Part shown: piece after piece, positions 18,422-27,484 of the stretch
How the letters are laid out: each line of letters begins with the position of its first letter
Numbering within the stretch: position 1 is the first letter of the stretch
NCBI GenBank assembly: GCA_049322615.1
Contig: JBMORX010000009.1
Coordinates: forward strand, 57,120 to 121,119
Direction of reading: 5' to 3'
From: Patescibacteria group bacterium
GTDB taxonomy: Bacteria; Patescibacteriota; Microgenomatia; CAYGWK01
Length of the DNA: 64,000 nucleotides
Notes under the pieces: model-generated
The model's database searches: none
What the model was told of the DNA's origin: nothing
Seen by the model: the letters and a program-made list of their open reading frames with translations, nothing else
Program-made: the position numbers and the translations under genes

Positions 18422-20158
18422 TTAAATCTTTTTTTCAATCTCCAAAGTAATTTTACCTAGGAATTTCTCCAGCATCATTTTCCCAAGATCTTTTTCGCCT
18501 CGAGCCCGAACAGAGATATTTTTCGCTTTCACCTCTTTTTCGCCAACAATTACCATGTACGGTACTTTTTGAAGCTCAGCATCACGAATTTTTGCCGAAG
18601 TTGTCTCATTTCGGTTATCCAACTCAACTCTTTCTCCAGCCTCCTTGAGTTTATCAGCAATTTCTTGTCCATATTTTATTTGTTTATCGGTAATGGGAAT
18701 AACCACCACTTGAACTGGTGCAAGCCAAATCGGAAAAGCCCCAGCGTAGTGCTCAATCAAAAGTCCCACCCATCTCTCTAGGGAACCAAGAGGAGCACGA
18801 TGAATTAAAACTGGTCTTTTAGTTTTACCGTCTTTATCAATATACTCAAGTTTAAATCTTTCTGGAAGCATAAAGTCAACCTGGATTGTTCCGCACTGCC
18901 ACTCCCGTCCCAAGACGTCTTTTATCATGACGTCAAGTTTTGGTCCATAGAAAGCGGCTTCGCCTTCTGCTTTTTTGGGTGTTAATCCGGCTTTCTTAAG
19001 CGCCTCTTCAATTTTTATCTCCGCCTCTTCCCAGGTTTTATCGTCTCCAAGGTATTTATCTTTATTTTTTGGGTCTCTGACGGAGAAGCGAAGATAAAAG
19101 TCTCCAATCCTGAATGCCTTAAGGAGAAACATGGTGTAATCAATTACGCCGATGAACTCCTCTACCACCTGGTCCTCCCGACAAAAGATATGGGAATCAT
19201 CTTGGGTAATGTAGCGAACCCTAATCATCCCTGATAATTCTCCAGTTTGTTCATAGCGGTAAACAGTGGCATTTTCGGCAATTCGCAATGGCAAATCCCG
19301 GTAGCTTCGAAGCTCGCTTTTATAAATCATCATATGCATTGGGCAGTTCATTGGTTTAATAAGATAATCTTCTTTATCAATCTTCATTGGTGAGTACATT
19401 TTGTCCTGGTATAAATCCCAATGACCTGAAGTAACCCAAAGAGATTTTCTCCCAATATGGGGAGAATAAACATGTTGGTATCCCCTTTTTGCCTGTTCAT
19501 CAACAATAAACTTTTCAATTTCTCGCCTGATGATTGCTCCCCTAGGAGTCCAAATTAAAAGACCAGGTCCGACCTCGTCGGGGATAATAAACAAGCCTAA
19601 TTCTTTACCTAGTTTTCGATGGTCCCTTTTTTTTGCTTCCTCAAGTTGCCAAAGATATTGGTCTAACTCTTTCTGGGTCTCAAAACAAGTCCCATAAATT
19701 CGGGTTAACATCTTATTTTTTTCCTCCCCTCGCCAGTAGGCGCCGGCCAAAGACAAAAGTTTAAGGGGGCCAATTTTTCCAGTGTTAGAAACATGAGGTC
19801 CAGCGCAAAGGTCGAGAAAATCACCAGTCTCATAGAGACTGACCTGTTTACTGTCTTCTTTTTCTAGTTCATTGATTAATTCCAGCTTATAAGGCTGATT
19901 CTTAAAAAGTTTTCTCGCTTCGGAAATCGAAATCATTCTCTTTTTGAATGGGACTCTTGATACAGCGATATGTACCATTGCATCAACGATTTTCTCTAAA
20001 TCTTTTTCCGTAATTGGTTTTTCAAAATCGAAATCATAGTAGAAACCATCCTCAATTGCCGGGCCAATGCCTAGTTTTGTCCCAGGATAAAGTTTAAGAA
20101 CCGCCGCCGCCAAAACATGGCTTGCCGAATGACGCATGGTTTCTAGGTTTTTATTCAT
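18422..20158 (-). CDS. thrS: Threonyl-tRNA synthetase
   Basis: RHSASH, DLCAGPH, RDHRKLG, KPMNCP, QCGTIQVDF; start moved to ATG 20158. Confidence 0.97.
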   Translation of the reverse strand: MNKNLETMRHSASHVLAAAVLKLYPGTKLGIGPAIEDGFYYDFDFEKPITEKDLEKIVDAMVHIAVSRVPFKKRMISISEARKLFKNQPYKLELINELEKEDSKQVSLYETGDFLDLCAGPHVSNTGKIGPLKLLSLAGAYWRGEEKNKMLTRIYGTCFETQKELDQYLWQLEEAKKRDHRKLGKELGLFIIPDEVGPGLLIWTPRGAIIRREIEKFIVDEQAKRGYQHVYSPHIGRKSLWVTSGHWDLYQDKMYSPMKIDKEDYLIKPMNCPMHMMIYKSELRSYRDLPLRIAENATVYRYEQTGELSGMIRVRYITQDDSHIFCREDQVVEEFIGVIDYTMFLLKAFRIGDFYLRFSVRDPKNKDKYLGDDKTWEEAEIKIEEALKKAGLTPKKAEGEAAFYGPKLDVMIKDVLGREWQCGTIQVDFMLPERFKLEYIDKDGKTKRPVLIHRAPLGSLERWVGLLIEHYAGAFPIWLAPVQVVVIPITDKQIKYGQEIADKLKEAGERVELDNRNETTSAKIRDAELQKVPYMVIVGEKEVKAKNISVRARGEKDLGKMMLEKFLGKITLEIEKKI

Positions 20159-20185
20159 GGTTTGATTATAGCACCAATAACAATT

Positions 20186-20209
20186 AAAAAACCAACCTTT
20201 CGGCTGGTT
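20186..20209 (-). terminator. Attenuator terminator upstream of thrS
   Basis: AACCAGCC-GAAA-GGTTGGTT plus T run on the minus strand. Confidence 0.8.
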
Positions 20210-20246
20210 GTCGATTAGTTTTAACCCCACTAACAAACCAGCCGTT

Positions 20247-20288
20247 TTAGACGCTGGTAGTTGTAGTTACAGTTAAAACCGCAATCAT
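20247..20288 (-). CDS. Thr-rich leader peptide of thrS (MIAVLTVTTTTSV)
   Basis: 5 Thr codons in 6 positions; promoter TTGACA(20319-24)/TATAAT(20297-302); antiterminator GGCTGGTT:AACCAGCC. Confidence 0.85.
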   Translation of the reverse strand: MIAVLTVTTTTSV

Positions 20289-20325
20289 TATTTTGAATTA
20301 TACTAATAAAAATTTTATTGTCAAG

Positions 20326-20503
20326 TGGATGGCATAGGACTCGAACCTATGACCTTTTCGATGTCAACGAAGCGCTCTTCACCCGACTAACTTTTGCAGG
20401 TTGATTTTAGAAAGCCCAATTTAAACAAATAAAAATTTGTTGTTTTAGAGCTTCTTCTTAATTAACTCATTGGCAAAAGTTTGACGGGTAAACCAACTGA
20501 GCT
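20326..20503 (-). pseudogene. Interrupted tRNA-Val(GAC) 3' portion with a 111-bp inverted-repeat insert in the D-loop
   Basis: AGCTCAGTTGGTT[20380-20490]AAGAGCGCTTCGTTGACATCGAAAAGGTCATAGGTTCGAGTCCTATGCCATCCA. Confidence 0.8.
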
Positions 20504-20508
20504 CTTAG

Positions 20509-20582
20509 TGGGCGCATCAGGACTTGAACCTGAGACCTTTACTATGTCAAAGTAACGCTCTAGCCACCTGAGCTATGCGCCC
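20509..20582 (-). tRNA. tRNA-Val(GAC), intact
   Basis: GGGCGCA/TGCGCCC acceptor, TTACT-TTGACAT-AGTAA anticodon arm, GTTCAA T-loop. Confidence 0.93.
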
Positions 20583-20826
20583 AGTAATTCTTTAAGACCT
20601 TTTTTAAATGAGTTCTCCCCCAGCCTGTTTTAAAATATTTTTCTCTGCTAGTTGCGTCTTGTTGATTTAAATACGCTTCGTAATAAATTAATCTAAATGG
20701 TTTTCTATATTTTGTTATTGCAACCTCACCAGAATTATGTTCTTCAAATCTTCGTTTTAGATTATCCGTATAACCTACGTACAATTTTCTATCTTTCAAA
20801 CTTTCTAGTACATAGACATGATACAT
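20560..20826 (-). CDS. Stand-alone GIY-YIG endonuclease; 3' end overlaps tRNA-Val
   Basis: YHVYVL..LYVGYT..RRFEEHN..RE..FKTGWGR. Confidence 0.9.
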   Translation of the reverse strand: MYHVYVLESLKDRKLYVGYTDNLKRRFEEHNSGEVAITKYRKPFRLIYYEAYLNQQDATSREKYFKTGWGRTHLKKVLKNYWAHSSGG

Positions 20827-20961
20827 AGACGCTCTTTACCCGTCAAACTTTCGCCCAATAATTAAGAAAGCCTTTATTAATAAATAAGTCTCATTTCTTA
20901 AGTTAGTATTTTAAAACAAACCGCGAAAGTTAGTCGGGTAAACCAACTGAGCTATCCGCCC
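20827..20961 (-). pseudogene. tRNA 5' fragment with a 104-bp inverted-repeat insert in the D-loop
   Basis: GGGCGGATAGCTCAGTTGGTT[20837-20940]AAGAGCGTCT, then the ATG of the GIY-YIG gene. Confidence 0.78.
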
Positions 20962-21011
20962 GTAGGCTTATTTTACAAGAAAGAAAAGGTGATTTCAATT
21001 GGAGAAAGCAT

Positions 21012-21584
21012 TTACCCCGCCTGGGTGGCCATGTAGCGTTCTTGGGAAAGCATGAATTTGGTGCCTGATTTTTGAACTTGAGCCCAATAGAAGGGTCTCT
21101 TTTTGGCCCGAGCATTCCAAGCCGCCAGCCAAACCGAAGCATCTTCAATTTTGCGAGTTAAAGATTTAATAAATGAAATTAATTTTTCAAAGAAAGTCTC
21201 ATGATAGACCCCAGGTTCAACTGGGGTTTGAACGGCGGCAATTTTAACTTCCTTGGCTAAATTTTGCGTTGCCGAGGCTAATTTTTTGACTTCTTCTTGA
21301 AGAGCGGCAACTTTGGTTTTGCTCTCTTGGTCTTTGGCAGAAAAAACGATTCTTTCTTGTTTCCTGACAATCTCTGCCTGGCAAAACCGCCGCTCAAATA
21401 TTTCTTGAAGCTCTGGTTTTTGGTTTTCCGGAAGGACTGTTTCAGATATTTTTCTTGGCCGAAGCCCAGTTTGGTCCTGAATGTCAGAACCAATGCCTCC
21501 TCCTAAATCACGCAAGGCTTCAAGGAGATCTCTTGGCAGGGTTTTTGATTTTGGCTTCTGTCCTTTTGGAGCCATTGGCAACAA
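21012..21584 (-). CDS. Conserved CPR hypothetical protein (DUF5660-like)
   Basis: PGVYHETFFE..GTKFMLSQER..QAG C-terminus. Confidence 0.7.
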   Translation of the reverse strand: MLPMAPKGQKPKSKTLPRDLLEALRDLGGGIGSDIQDQTGLRPRKISETVLPENQKPELQEIFERRFCQAEIVRKQERIVFSAKDQESKTKVAALQEEVKKLASATQNLAKEVKIAAVQTPVEPGVYHETFFEKLISFIKSLTRKIEDASVWLAAWNARAKKRPFYWAQVQKSGTKFMLSQERYMATQAG

Positions 21585-21611
21585 AATATCAGAGTCTTGC
21601 TAAAAAGTCAA

Positions 21612-21786
21612 GCCCCGCACCAAGCTTACCTCGCGCCGCGAATTGCGACCCGTCAGACGGGTCTGGCACGTTCGACGTGCCGTTTGCGCTCGCGAGGGGG
21701 CGCTGGTGCGGGGCGCAGACCCCGCATACACGCCCTTGCGACGCGAACACGAAGTATTCGGGAGCAAGTAAGTGTTGTGCGGGGTC
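21612..21786. mobile_element. GC-rich composite hairpin element (MITE/REPIN-like)
   Basis: GCCCCGCACCA..TGGTGCGGGGC then GACCCCGCA..TGCGGGGTC; GTCAA at both ends. Confidence 0.75.
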
Positions 21787-21793
21787 AAACACC

Positions 21794-22666
21794 TTAAAGT
21801 TTCGTTAGGAATTCCAGAGATCTTCTTCTTAGCAAAATTCCTTTAAGATAAGCACGCTGAAGGGGTGTATTTAAGTTTTCTTTTAAATTTTTGTCTCCGG
21901 TTGAGGAAATTAAATCGTCTATTTCTTTATCAGAAACCTGAATCTTTTCTTCTTCAGCCACCTTATCAAGAGAGAATTGAAGCTTAAGGTCATTTACAAT
22001 TCTTTCTCGGTATTCTGCTCGTAACTGCTCGGCACTTTTATTAATTGAATTAAGATATTGGTCAATTGTTAAGCCTAAAGTGTTAGTTTGATTAATTAAA
22101 TTAGAAAGGGCACGCTTAACTTCGTCCTCCATTAACATCTCTGGTAAATCTACTTTGACAATTTCTAATAATTTTTGGATTACCTTTTGGGTCTTTTCGT
22201 CTTCCGTGCCTTCCTGAGAATTCCGTGTTTCCGTGGTTGCGGGCTTTTTATGCGGGACCCATATCTTCGTTGGGGCAAGCGCTTTTCTTATCTCTTCTTT
22301 ATACCTTCCCAAGTGCACCTCCGGTGTTTCGCAGGTTGTGGCTCTAATTTCCCAATCTTCACCTTCTTTTGCTTTTAAAAGTTCAACTTTAGGGGTAAGG
22401 ATTGGTTTTAAATTATGCTCTTTGACTGCCTCTATATACACTTTGGGAACCAGACGCTGGAGCACCTTCTCGTAAACTTTTGATTTATCAATTTTTTCCT
22501 CGACTAATTTCTTTGGGGCTTTTCCTTTTCTAAATCCAGGAATTTCTGTTTCTTTAACAATTTCCTCCAAAGCCTGCTCATAAGACTTTTTTACCTCATC
22601 GGTGGCAATCGTAATCGTTAATTGAATTTCACCGGTTCCGGTTTTTGCCAGGATTGATTTTGCCAT
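21794..22666 (-). CDS. tig: Trigger factor (lacking the PPIase domain)
   Basis: IPGFRKGKAP signature; 290 aa. Confidence 0.92.
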   Translation of the reverse strand: MAKSILAKTGTGEIQLTITIATDEVKKSYEQALEEIVKETEIPGFRKGKAPKKLVEEKIDKSKVYEKVLQRLVPKVYIEAVKEHNLKPILTPKVELLKAKEGEDWEIRATTCETPEVHLGRYKEEIRKALAPTKIWVPHKKPATTETRNSQEGTEDEKTQKVIQKLLEIVKVDLPEMLMEDEVKRALSNLINQTNTLGLTIDQYLNSINKSAEQLRAEYRERIVNDLKLQFSLDKVAEEEKIQVSDKEIDDLISSTGDKNLKENLNTPLQRAYLKGILLRRRSLEFLTKL

Positions 22667-22668
22667 AA

Positions 22669-22818
22669 TTAACCTTTGTGTTGGGTATAGCGGACCCGCC
22701 TGCCGGCGAGGCAGGCTTTTTGAACCCGGATAGGAATTTTGGGGACAGGAAATTTACTCCGGAAATGCTCAGGAGTTCGAAATCCAAGTTTTTCTCTGTC
22801 TTTTTGAAATCTAGCCAT
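22669..22818 (-). CDS. Small basic protein (49 aa) containing a hairpin insertion
   Basis: MARFQKDREKLGFRTPEHFRSKFPVPKIPIRVQKACLAGRRVRYTQHKG; ends 2 nt before tig. Confidence 0.55.
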   Translation of the reverse strand: MARFQKDREKLGFRTPEHFRSKFPVPKIPIRVQKACLAGRRVRYTQHKG

Positions 22819-22832
22819 CTTGAGAGTATATT

Positions 22833-23894
22833 TTAACACAACCGACGTAAACAGTGAAGTTTTTCGTAGTAACCGAGTCTGGCTTTTTTAATTGCCTCAC
22901 TCAAGAAAGAGATTGATTGCTCATAGGTTTTCTGATCAACTGGATAAGGGGTGCCATCTTTTCCGCCATGGGCAAAGGAATAAGTCGCCGGATCGCGGAT
23001 AGAATATGGAGTTTTGTAAATTAATTCGGAAATTAAAGCCAAAGCCCGAATTGTTTTTGGTCCAACCCCTTCCATTCCAAGAAGTTTTTCAAAATTTTCT
23101 GGCTTTCTTTCATAGGTGGAAAGAAGGATTTTTTTAAGATTTTCTGGGTTAATATCGGAAACGAGAACCTCATGGTGTCTGTCTAATTTCAAGTTTCTTA
23201 ACTTCTTAATTTCTTTAATATTTTTTTCCGGTTTCTCCGAGGCAAGTTGGGCAGTAATTTTTCTTGCTTTATCTGATTCCCGAGCAACCAGGTTCATCAC
23301 TGTCCCTCTGGCTTCTGAGACAATGCCAGAATGAGGTTCGCAAACAAAATCGGAAACGTTTTCCGAAAGCCAATGGTATCTGCGCGCCCAGCAATTTTTG
23401 GAATTCATTCCCTGCTGGACGACTGCCCACTTGCCTTTGGGAGTAAAGAAAAATGTATGATGATAAAGCTGGTATCCATCTTGAAGGGCATTATTGTCAA
23501 CCTTGGCAGCAATTTTTGAAGAATAGATAAGCGATTGAGCAATTGAGCTATTAAGCAATCGAGAATAATTTTTAATTTCCTCTGGAGTTTTTCGAGAGGT
23601 TTTGCCTTTGCCGCCGGCGATGAAAAGACCGAGATCTCTCTGGACAGGTTTTAGTCCCTCTTTTAAGGCGCCACAGGTGGTGGTAGTTAATCCCGAAGAA
23701 TGCCAGTCAAAGCCTAAAACAGCGCCAAAAGACTGGAACCACAAAGGATCGGAAAGTTTGCTTAAAAACTGGTCTACTCCCTTAAGGCTTACGATGGCCA
23801 GAGTTATTTCCCTTGCCAGTTTTGTCATCATTTCAAAAAGCCAAGGAGGGGTTGAGCCGTAGTGAAGTGGTAGGTTGGCAGTTCCAGTTTTCAT
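22833..23894 (-). CDS. DUF763 domain protein
   Basis: ANLPLHYG, GFDWHSSG, FAHGGKDG. Confidence 0.88.
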   Translation of the reverse strand: MKTGTANLPLHYGSTPPWLFEMMTKLAREITLAIVSLKGVDQFLSKLSDPLWFQSFGAVLGFDWHSSGLTTTTCGALKEGLKPVQRDLGLFIAGGKGKTSRKTPEEIKNYSRLLNSSIAQSLIYSSKIAAKVDNNALQDGYQLYHHTFFFTPKGKWAVVQQGMNSKNCWARRYHWLSENVSDFVCEPHSGIVSEARGTVMNLVARESDKARKITAQLASEKPEKNIKEIKKLRNLKLDRHHEVLVSDINPENLKKILLSTYERKPENFEKLLGMEGVGPKTIRALALISELIYKTPYSIRDPATYSFAHGGKDGTPYPVDQKTYEQSISFLSEAIKKARLGYYEKLHCLRRLC

Positions 23895-23901
23895 ATTCTA
23901 T

Positions 23902-23916
23902 TTTGGGTTTTCTTCG
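23902..23916. promoter_or_regulatory. Candidate LexA operator (TTTGGGTTTTCTTCG)
   Basis: Identical 15-mer lies in the lexA promoter spacer (57154-57168). Confidence 0.5.
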
Positions 23917-23935
23917 GATATAGTATAATAAAATA

Positions 23936-24853
23936 ATGAGACTGTCAAGAAAAGAATTAAGAAAGAGAGCACAGAAAGCTTGGAAACTTCTAAATCCTTG
24001 TCGGGTTTGTCCGAGGATTTGCGGGATCAACCGTCAGAGGCCAAATTCCAGGATAGTCCTGGAATCGTGCCTAGCCCAGGATAGTCCTGGATTTTGTCGG
24101 ATGGGGGTAAAACCACGGATAAGTTCCTATCATGCCCATTTTGGCGAAGAATCTTGCCTTGTCGGTACAAATGGTTCAGGAACAATTTTCTTTTCCTCTT
24201 GCAATCTTGCCTGTGTTTTTTGTCAAAATTGGGAAATTTCCCAATTGAGAGAAGGAGAGGAAGTGGAAACTGAGGATTTAGCTGAGATGATGGTTTTTCT
24301 TCAAGAGCGTGGTTGTCATAATATAAATCTTGTCTCCCCTACTATTTGGGTGCCCCAGATTCTGAAGGCTTTGGTGGTTGCAATTGATCAAGGATTACAC
24401 CTCCCATTGGTTTATAACACTGGTGGATACGATTCAGTTGAGACCCTAAAACTTCTTGATGGGGTTATCGATATTTATATGCCAGATATTAAATATTCAG
24501 ATTCAAAAATCGCCCTGAAATATTCCCTGGTTCCAAACTATTGGAAGGTGGTTCAGAAAGCAGTTGCCGAAATGCATCGCCAGATTGGAGATTTGGTGAT
24601 TAGTGACCAGGGACTAGCGACTAGGGGTTTGTTAATCAGGCATTTGGTTTTACCAGAAGGTTTAGGGGGAACAGAAAAAGTGATGAAATTTATCGCCTCT
24701 CTCTCCAAAAATTCTTATGTCAATATTATGGACCAATACTATCCAACCAATAAAGCCCATCTTTATCCGGAAATCAATCGAAAAATTACTCCCGAAGAAT
24801 ATCATAAAGCGGTTGAAACAGCTAAAGGGTATGGTCTGCACCGATTTAATTAA
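23936..24853 (+). CDS. Radical SAM protein (PflX-like) with in-frame REP doublet
   Basis: CRVCPRIC, GSGTIFF, CNLACVFCQN. Confidence 0.9.
   Translation: MRLSRKELRKRAQKAWKLLNPCRVCPRICGINRQRPNSRIVLESCLAQDSPGFCRMGVKPRISSYHAHFGEESCLVGTNGSGTIFFSSCNLACVFCQNWEISQLREGEEVETEDLAEMMVFLQERGCHNINLVSPTIWVPQILKALVVAIDQGLHLPLVYNTGGYDSVETLKLLDGVIDIYMPDIKYSDSKIALKYSLVPNYWKVVQKAVAEMHRQIGDLVISDQGLATRGLLIRHLVLPEGLGGTEKVMKFIASLSKNSYVNIMDQYYPTNKAHLYPEINRKITPEEYHKAVETAKGYGLHRFN
24046..24093. repeat. REP family A doublet inside the radical SAM CDS
   Basis: ttccaggatagtcctggaatcgtgcctagcccaggatagtcctgga. Confidence 0.88.
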
Positions 24854-24872
24854 ACAATACTACTTTAAATAT

Positions 24873-25388
24873 TTAAACTATCTTTGAAATCTCTTTTAGA
24901 GAACGTCTGGGTGGTGGGGTTGGCGATTCAGCCGGATAGCCGATGGACAAGATGACAATTGGATAAAGGCCCTTTTTGAGATTTAAAATCTGAGCCACTT
25001 TCTTCTCATCAAAGGCGGCGAGAAAAGATGCCCCCAGTCCCATTGCAGTAGCCGCTAACCAAATGTTTTGCGTTGCAATAGCTGTGTCTTGGATGGTGTA
25101 GCGAGTTCCTCGTTCACCATAGCGCCAGGTTGTTCGCTCTGGTTCGGAACAGACCACAATCACCACCGGGGCTTCTAAAATAAGTTCTTGAACCCAGGCC
25201 TCGGAAACAAATCTTTCTTTAATTTTTTTATCTCTGACAACTACAAAAAACCAACTCTGTAAATTTCCAGCCGAAGGCGCCCAGCGGGCGGCCTCAAGAA
25301 GTTTTTCAACTTGCTCATCGGAAACTCTTCTGCTGGAATCGAAACTCCTGATTGACCGACGTTTTTTAATCGCCTCAAAAACTTCCAT
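24873..25388 (-). CDS. Nitroreductase family protein
   Basis: RRSIRSF, APSAGNLQ, IGYP. Confidence 0.92.
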   Translation of the reverse strand: MEVFEAIKKRRSIRSFDSSRRVSDEQVEKLLEAARWAPSAGNLQSWFFVVVRDKKIKERFVSEAWVQELILEAPVVIVVCSEPERTTWRYGERGTRYTIQDTAIATQNIWLAATAMGLGASFLAAFDEKKVAQILNLKKGLYPIVILSIGYPAESPTPPPRRSLKEISKIV

Positions 25389-25393
25389 GCGTT

Positions 25394-26209
25394 TTAAGGG
25401 TGACGAATTATTTTTTTAGTTTTGAATTTTATTTTAGACAAGACCTGGTTTAATAATTTATCAAGTTTCTCTTGATATTTTGGTTCTTCTGCCATTTTAA
25501 ATTTCTTAAGTTCTTTGGGAAGATTTTTCAAAATGAAAAGATAAAGGCGTTTCTTAATATATGGAGAAAGATTAATATGTTCAACCCAAATATCCTCAAC
25601 CCCAGCCTGCTTTAGAGTTTTAAATAATTTTTCTAATTCTTTTGGTTTTTCTGCCAGGTGCGGTAAGAGTGGACCGACAAAGGTATAAGTTTTTATTCCC
25701 GCTTGGTGGAGGTCTTTTAGGGCTCTAATTCTTGCCTGGTGCGGTGGAGCGTGGGTTTCCAGCAATCTGGTAATCGGATCGCCCATTGAGGTAACCGTCA
25801 AACCAACTTCGCCATCTAATTTTTTAAACAAATCAATATCTCGAGTGACAAGTGGTGATTTAGTTAGAATAGAAATTGGAGCTTGGTATCTGGCGTTAGC
25901 AAGAATTTCCAGACATTTTCTGGTCAACTGATATTTTGTCTCAAGTCCCTGATAAGGATCGGTTACTGAACTAAAAAAGATTGAGCCAGGTTTTTTATAC
26001 CTTAAATCACGAATTAAAAGTGCTGGGGCATTAATCTTTATATCAACCCATTCTCCCCAATTTTCATTCTGGTGTCCCTGACGTGACATAAAAATGGCAT
26101 AACAGTAGGCACAACCAAAAGCACAACCATTATAAGGATTAATGGCATAATCGCAACCCAGTTTTGAGGGATTAAGAATAGATTTCGCTTGGATTTCCCG
26201 AATTTTCAT
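25394..26209 (-). CDS. Radical SAM protein, spore-photoproduct-lyase-like
   Basis: INPYNGCAFGCAYCYA, TDPYQ, LTKS. Confidence 0.88.
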   Translation of the reverse strand: MKIREIQAKSILNPSKLGCDYAINPYNGCAFGCAYCYAIFMSRQGHQNENWGEWVDIKINAPALLIRDLRYKKPGSIFFSSVTDPYQGLETKYQLTRKCLEILANARYQAPISILTKSPLVTRDIDLFKKLDGEVGLTVTSMGDPITRLLETHAPPHQARIRALKDLHQAGIKTYTFVGPLLPHLAEKPKELEKLFKTLKQAGVEDIWVEHINLSPYIKKRLYLFILKNLPKELKKFKMAEEPKYQEKLDKLLNQVLSKIKFKTKKIIRHP

Positions 26210-26242
26210 TACTATGTAGCGATGAAAAAATGATTCCAGTAA

Positions 26243-26290
26243 TTCCAGGATAGTCCTGGAATCGTGCCTAACCCAGGATAGTCCTGGATT
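26243..26290. repeat. REP family A doublet (intergenic)
   Basis: ttccaggatagtcctggaatcgtgcctaacccaggatagtcctgga. Confidence 0.88.
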
Positions 26291-26344
26291 TGCACTGGAT
26301 TTGCATACTGGATTTGTAAGGTGGCGTTGGTGCGGGGTAAAGCC

Positions 26345-26638
26345 TTAAAATTTGACTTCCATGTCCAAAACTGGAGGAAGAAGCTGGAGTTCTCTCAAAT
26401 CCACACTTTCTAAATCTTTTTCTAAATTTAAAACATTTGATTCTATGCTTAAAACTTCTTCGTCCCCTGCCCATTTTGAGGGGACAAAAATCTCTGGTGT
26501 TGGGGTTGGGGTGGGAGAAGGCACACCAGTGGTAGTGGTTATTTGCTGTCCCTTTATTTTGCCAAATAAAAATATTACCAGGATCAAAATTAAAACTGGC
26601 AGTAAATACATTAAGATTTTAGGTAAAAGTTTACTCAC
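26345..26638 (-). CDS. Hypothetical membrane-anchored protein
   Basis: N-terminal TM, PTPT linker. Confidence 0.7.
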   Translation of the reverse strand: MSKLLPKILMYLLPVLILILVIFLFGKIKGQQITTTTGVPSPTPTPTPEIFVPSKWAGDEEVLSIESNVLNLEKDLESVDLRELQLLPPVLDMEVKF

Positions 26639-27443
26639 TTTTAATCTCCCTAATTATCTCTTTTAAGAAGGAAACTGCCTCTTTCAAGTATTGATTTTCT
26701 TCTTCAAAGGCTTTTTGGGCTTTATTCCAGGATTCTTGCTTGCTTGTGTCAGTTGGTTTTAAGCCAGAAAGTAAATCTTGCCCCTCTTTCTCTTTTTCCT
26801 CGCTCCTTTTTATTTTTTCTTTAGCCTGGATTAGCCAACGCTCCAGGATAGTTGTATCTTCGCCGGTTTCTTTTATTTGATTAATTTTGTCTTGCGTTTT
26901 CGAGATTTGTTCATTGATTTTTTCTCGTAATGAATTTTCTTTTCCTAGCAAAACCTGCCCTAATGTTTGATAGGCTAAGATTTCAATGCTAGGATAGCGA
27001 TTTTCTGCTTCTTGAGAAATTTTGACTAAATCTTCAAGAGTTCCGGCTGAAGGAAGACTGTTTTTATGAGTGGCAAGCCAGGAAACTTCGTTATCAAGTT
27101 TAAGATAATATATATTTTGTTGATAATTTAAAATCCCAGTTGTTTCTTTAAGTTTCATTCGGAGGGCAGTCAGGTAAGTTTTTAGAGTTTCGGCGCGGTT
27201 AAGGAGCATATTTTTTGTTTTCTCCAAAGCCTTTGTTTGAGCGGTTAAAGTTTTATAAGTGAGGTATTCGCTTTTGGCGGAAATATATTCAAGATGAGCA
27301 GAACGATAGAGATTGTAATTATAGGTATAGTCCTGAAAGGCGCGGTTAAAGTCGAAATCTTGAGCATATGTAGCAATGTAGGAATTTAGCAATATAGCAA
27401 TTGAGAAGAGAGTGACTCCAAAAATGGGCAGAGAACGCTTCAT
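26631..27443 (-). CDS. Secreted coiled-coil hypothetical protein
   Basis: Signal peptide; helical. Confidence 0.75.
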   Translation of the reverse strand: MKRSLPIFGVTLFSIAILLNSYIATYAQDFDFNRAFQDYTYNYNLYRSAHLEYISAKSEYLTYKTLTAQTKALEKTKNMLLNRAETLKTYLTALRMKLKETTGILNYQQNIYYLKLDNEVSWLATHKNSLPSAGTLEDLVKISQEAENRYPSIEILAYQTLGQVLLGKENSLREKINEQISKTQDKINQIKETGEDTTILERWLIQAKEKIKRSEEKEKEGQDLLSGLKPTDTSKQESWNKAQKAFEEENQYLKEAVSFLKEIIREIKSE

Positions 27444-27484
27444 ATTTTTAAGTTTAGCAGATTAAATTTCCAGTTCAAGTCCAT

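Noticed and set aside
20160-20324. T-box riboswitch upstream of thrS or pheS
   Set aside because: No T-box consensus or stem I seen; the leader-peptide model fits better
21455-21808. Several overlapping short ORFs on both strands
   Set aside because: Produced by the GC-rich palindromic element; no protein motifs
16566-26290. CCAGGATAGTCCTGG repeats as a CRISPR array
   Set aside because: Only dispersed doublets with near-constant linkers; no unique spacers and no cas operon; explained as REPs of the RAYT
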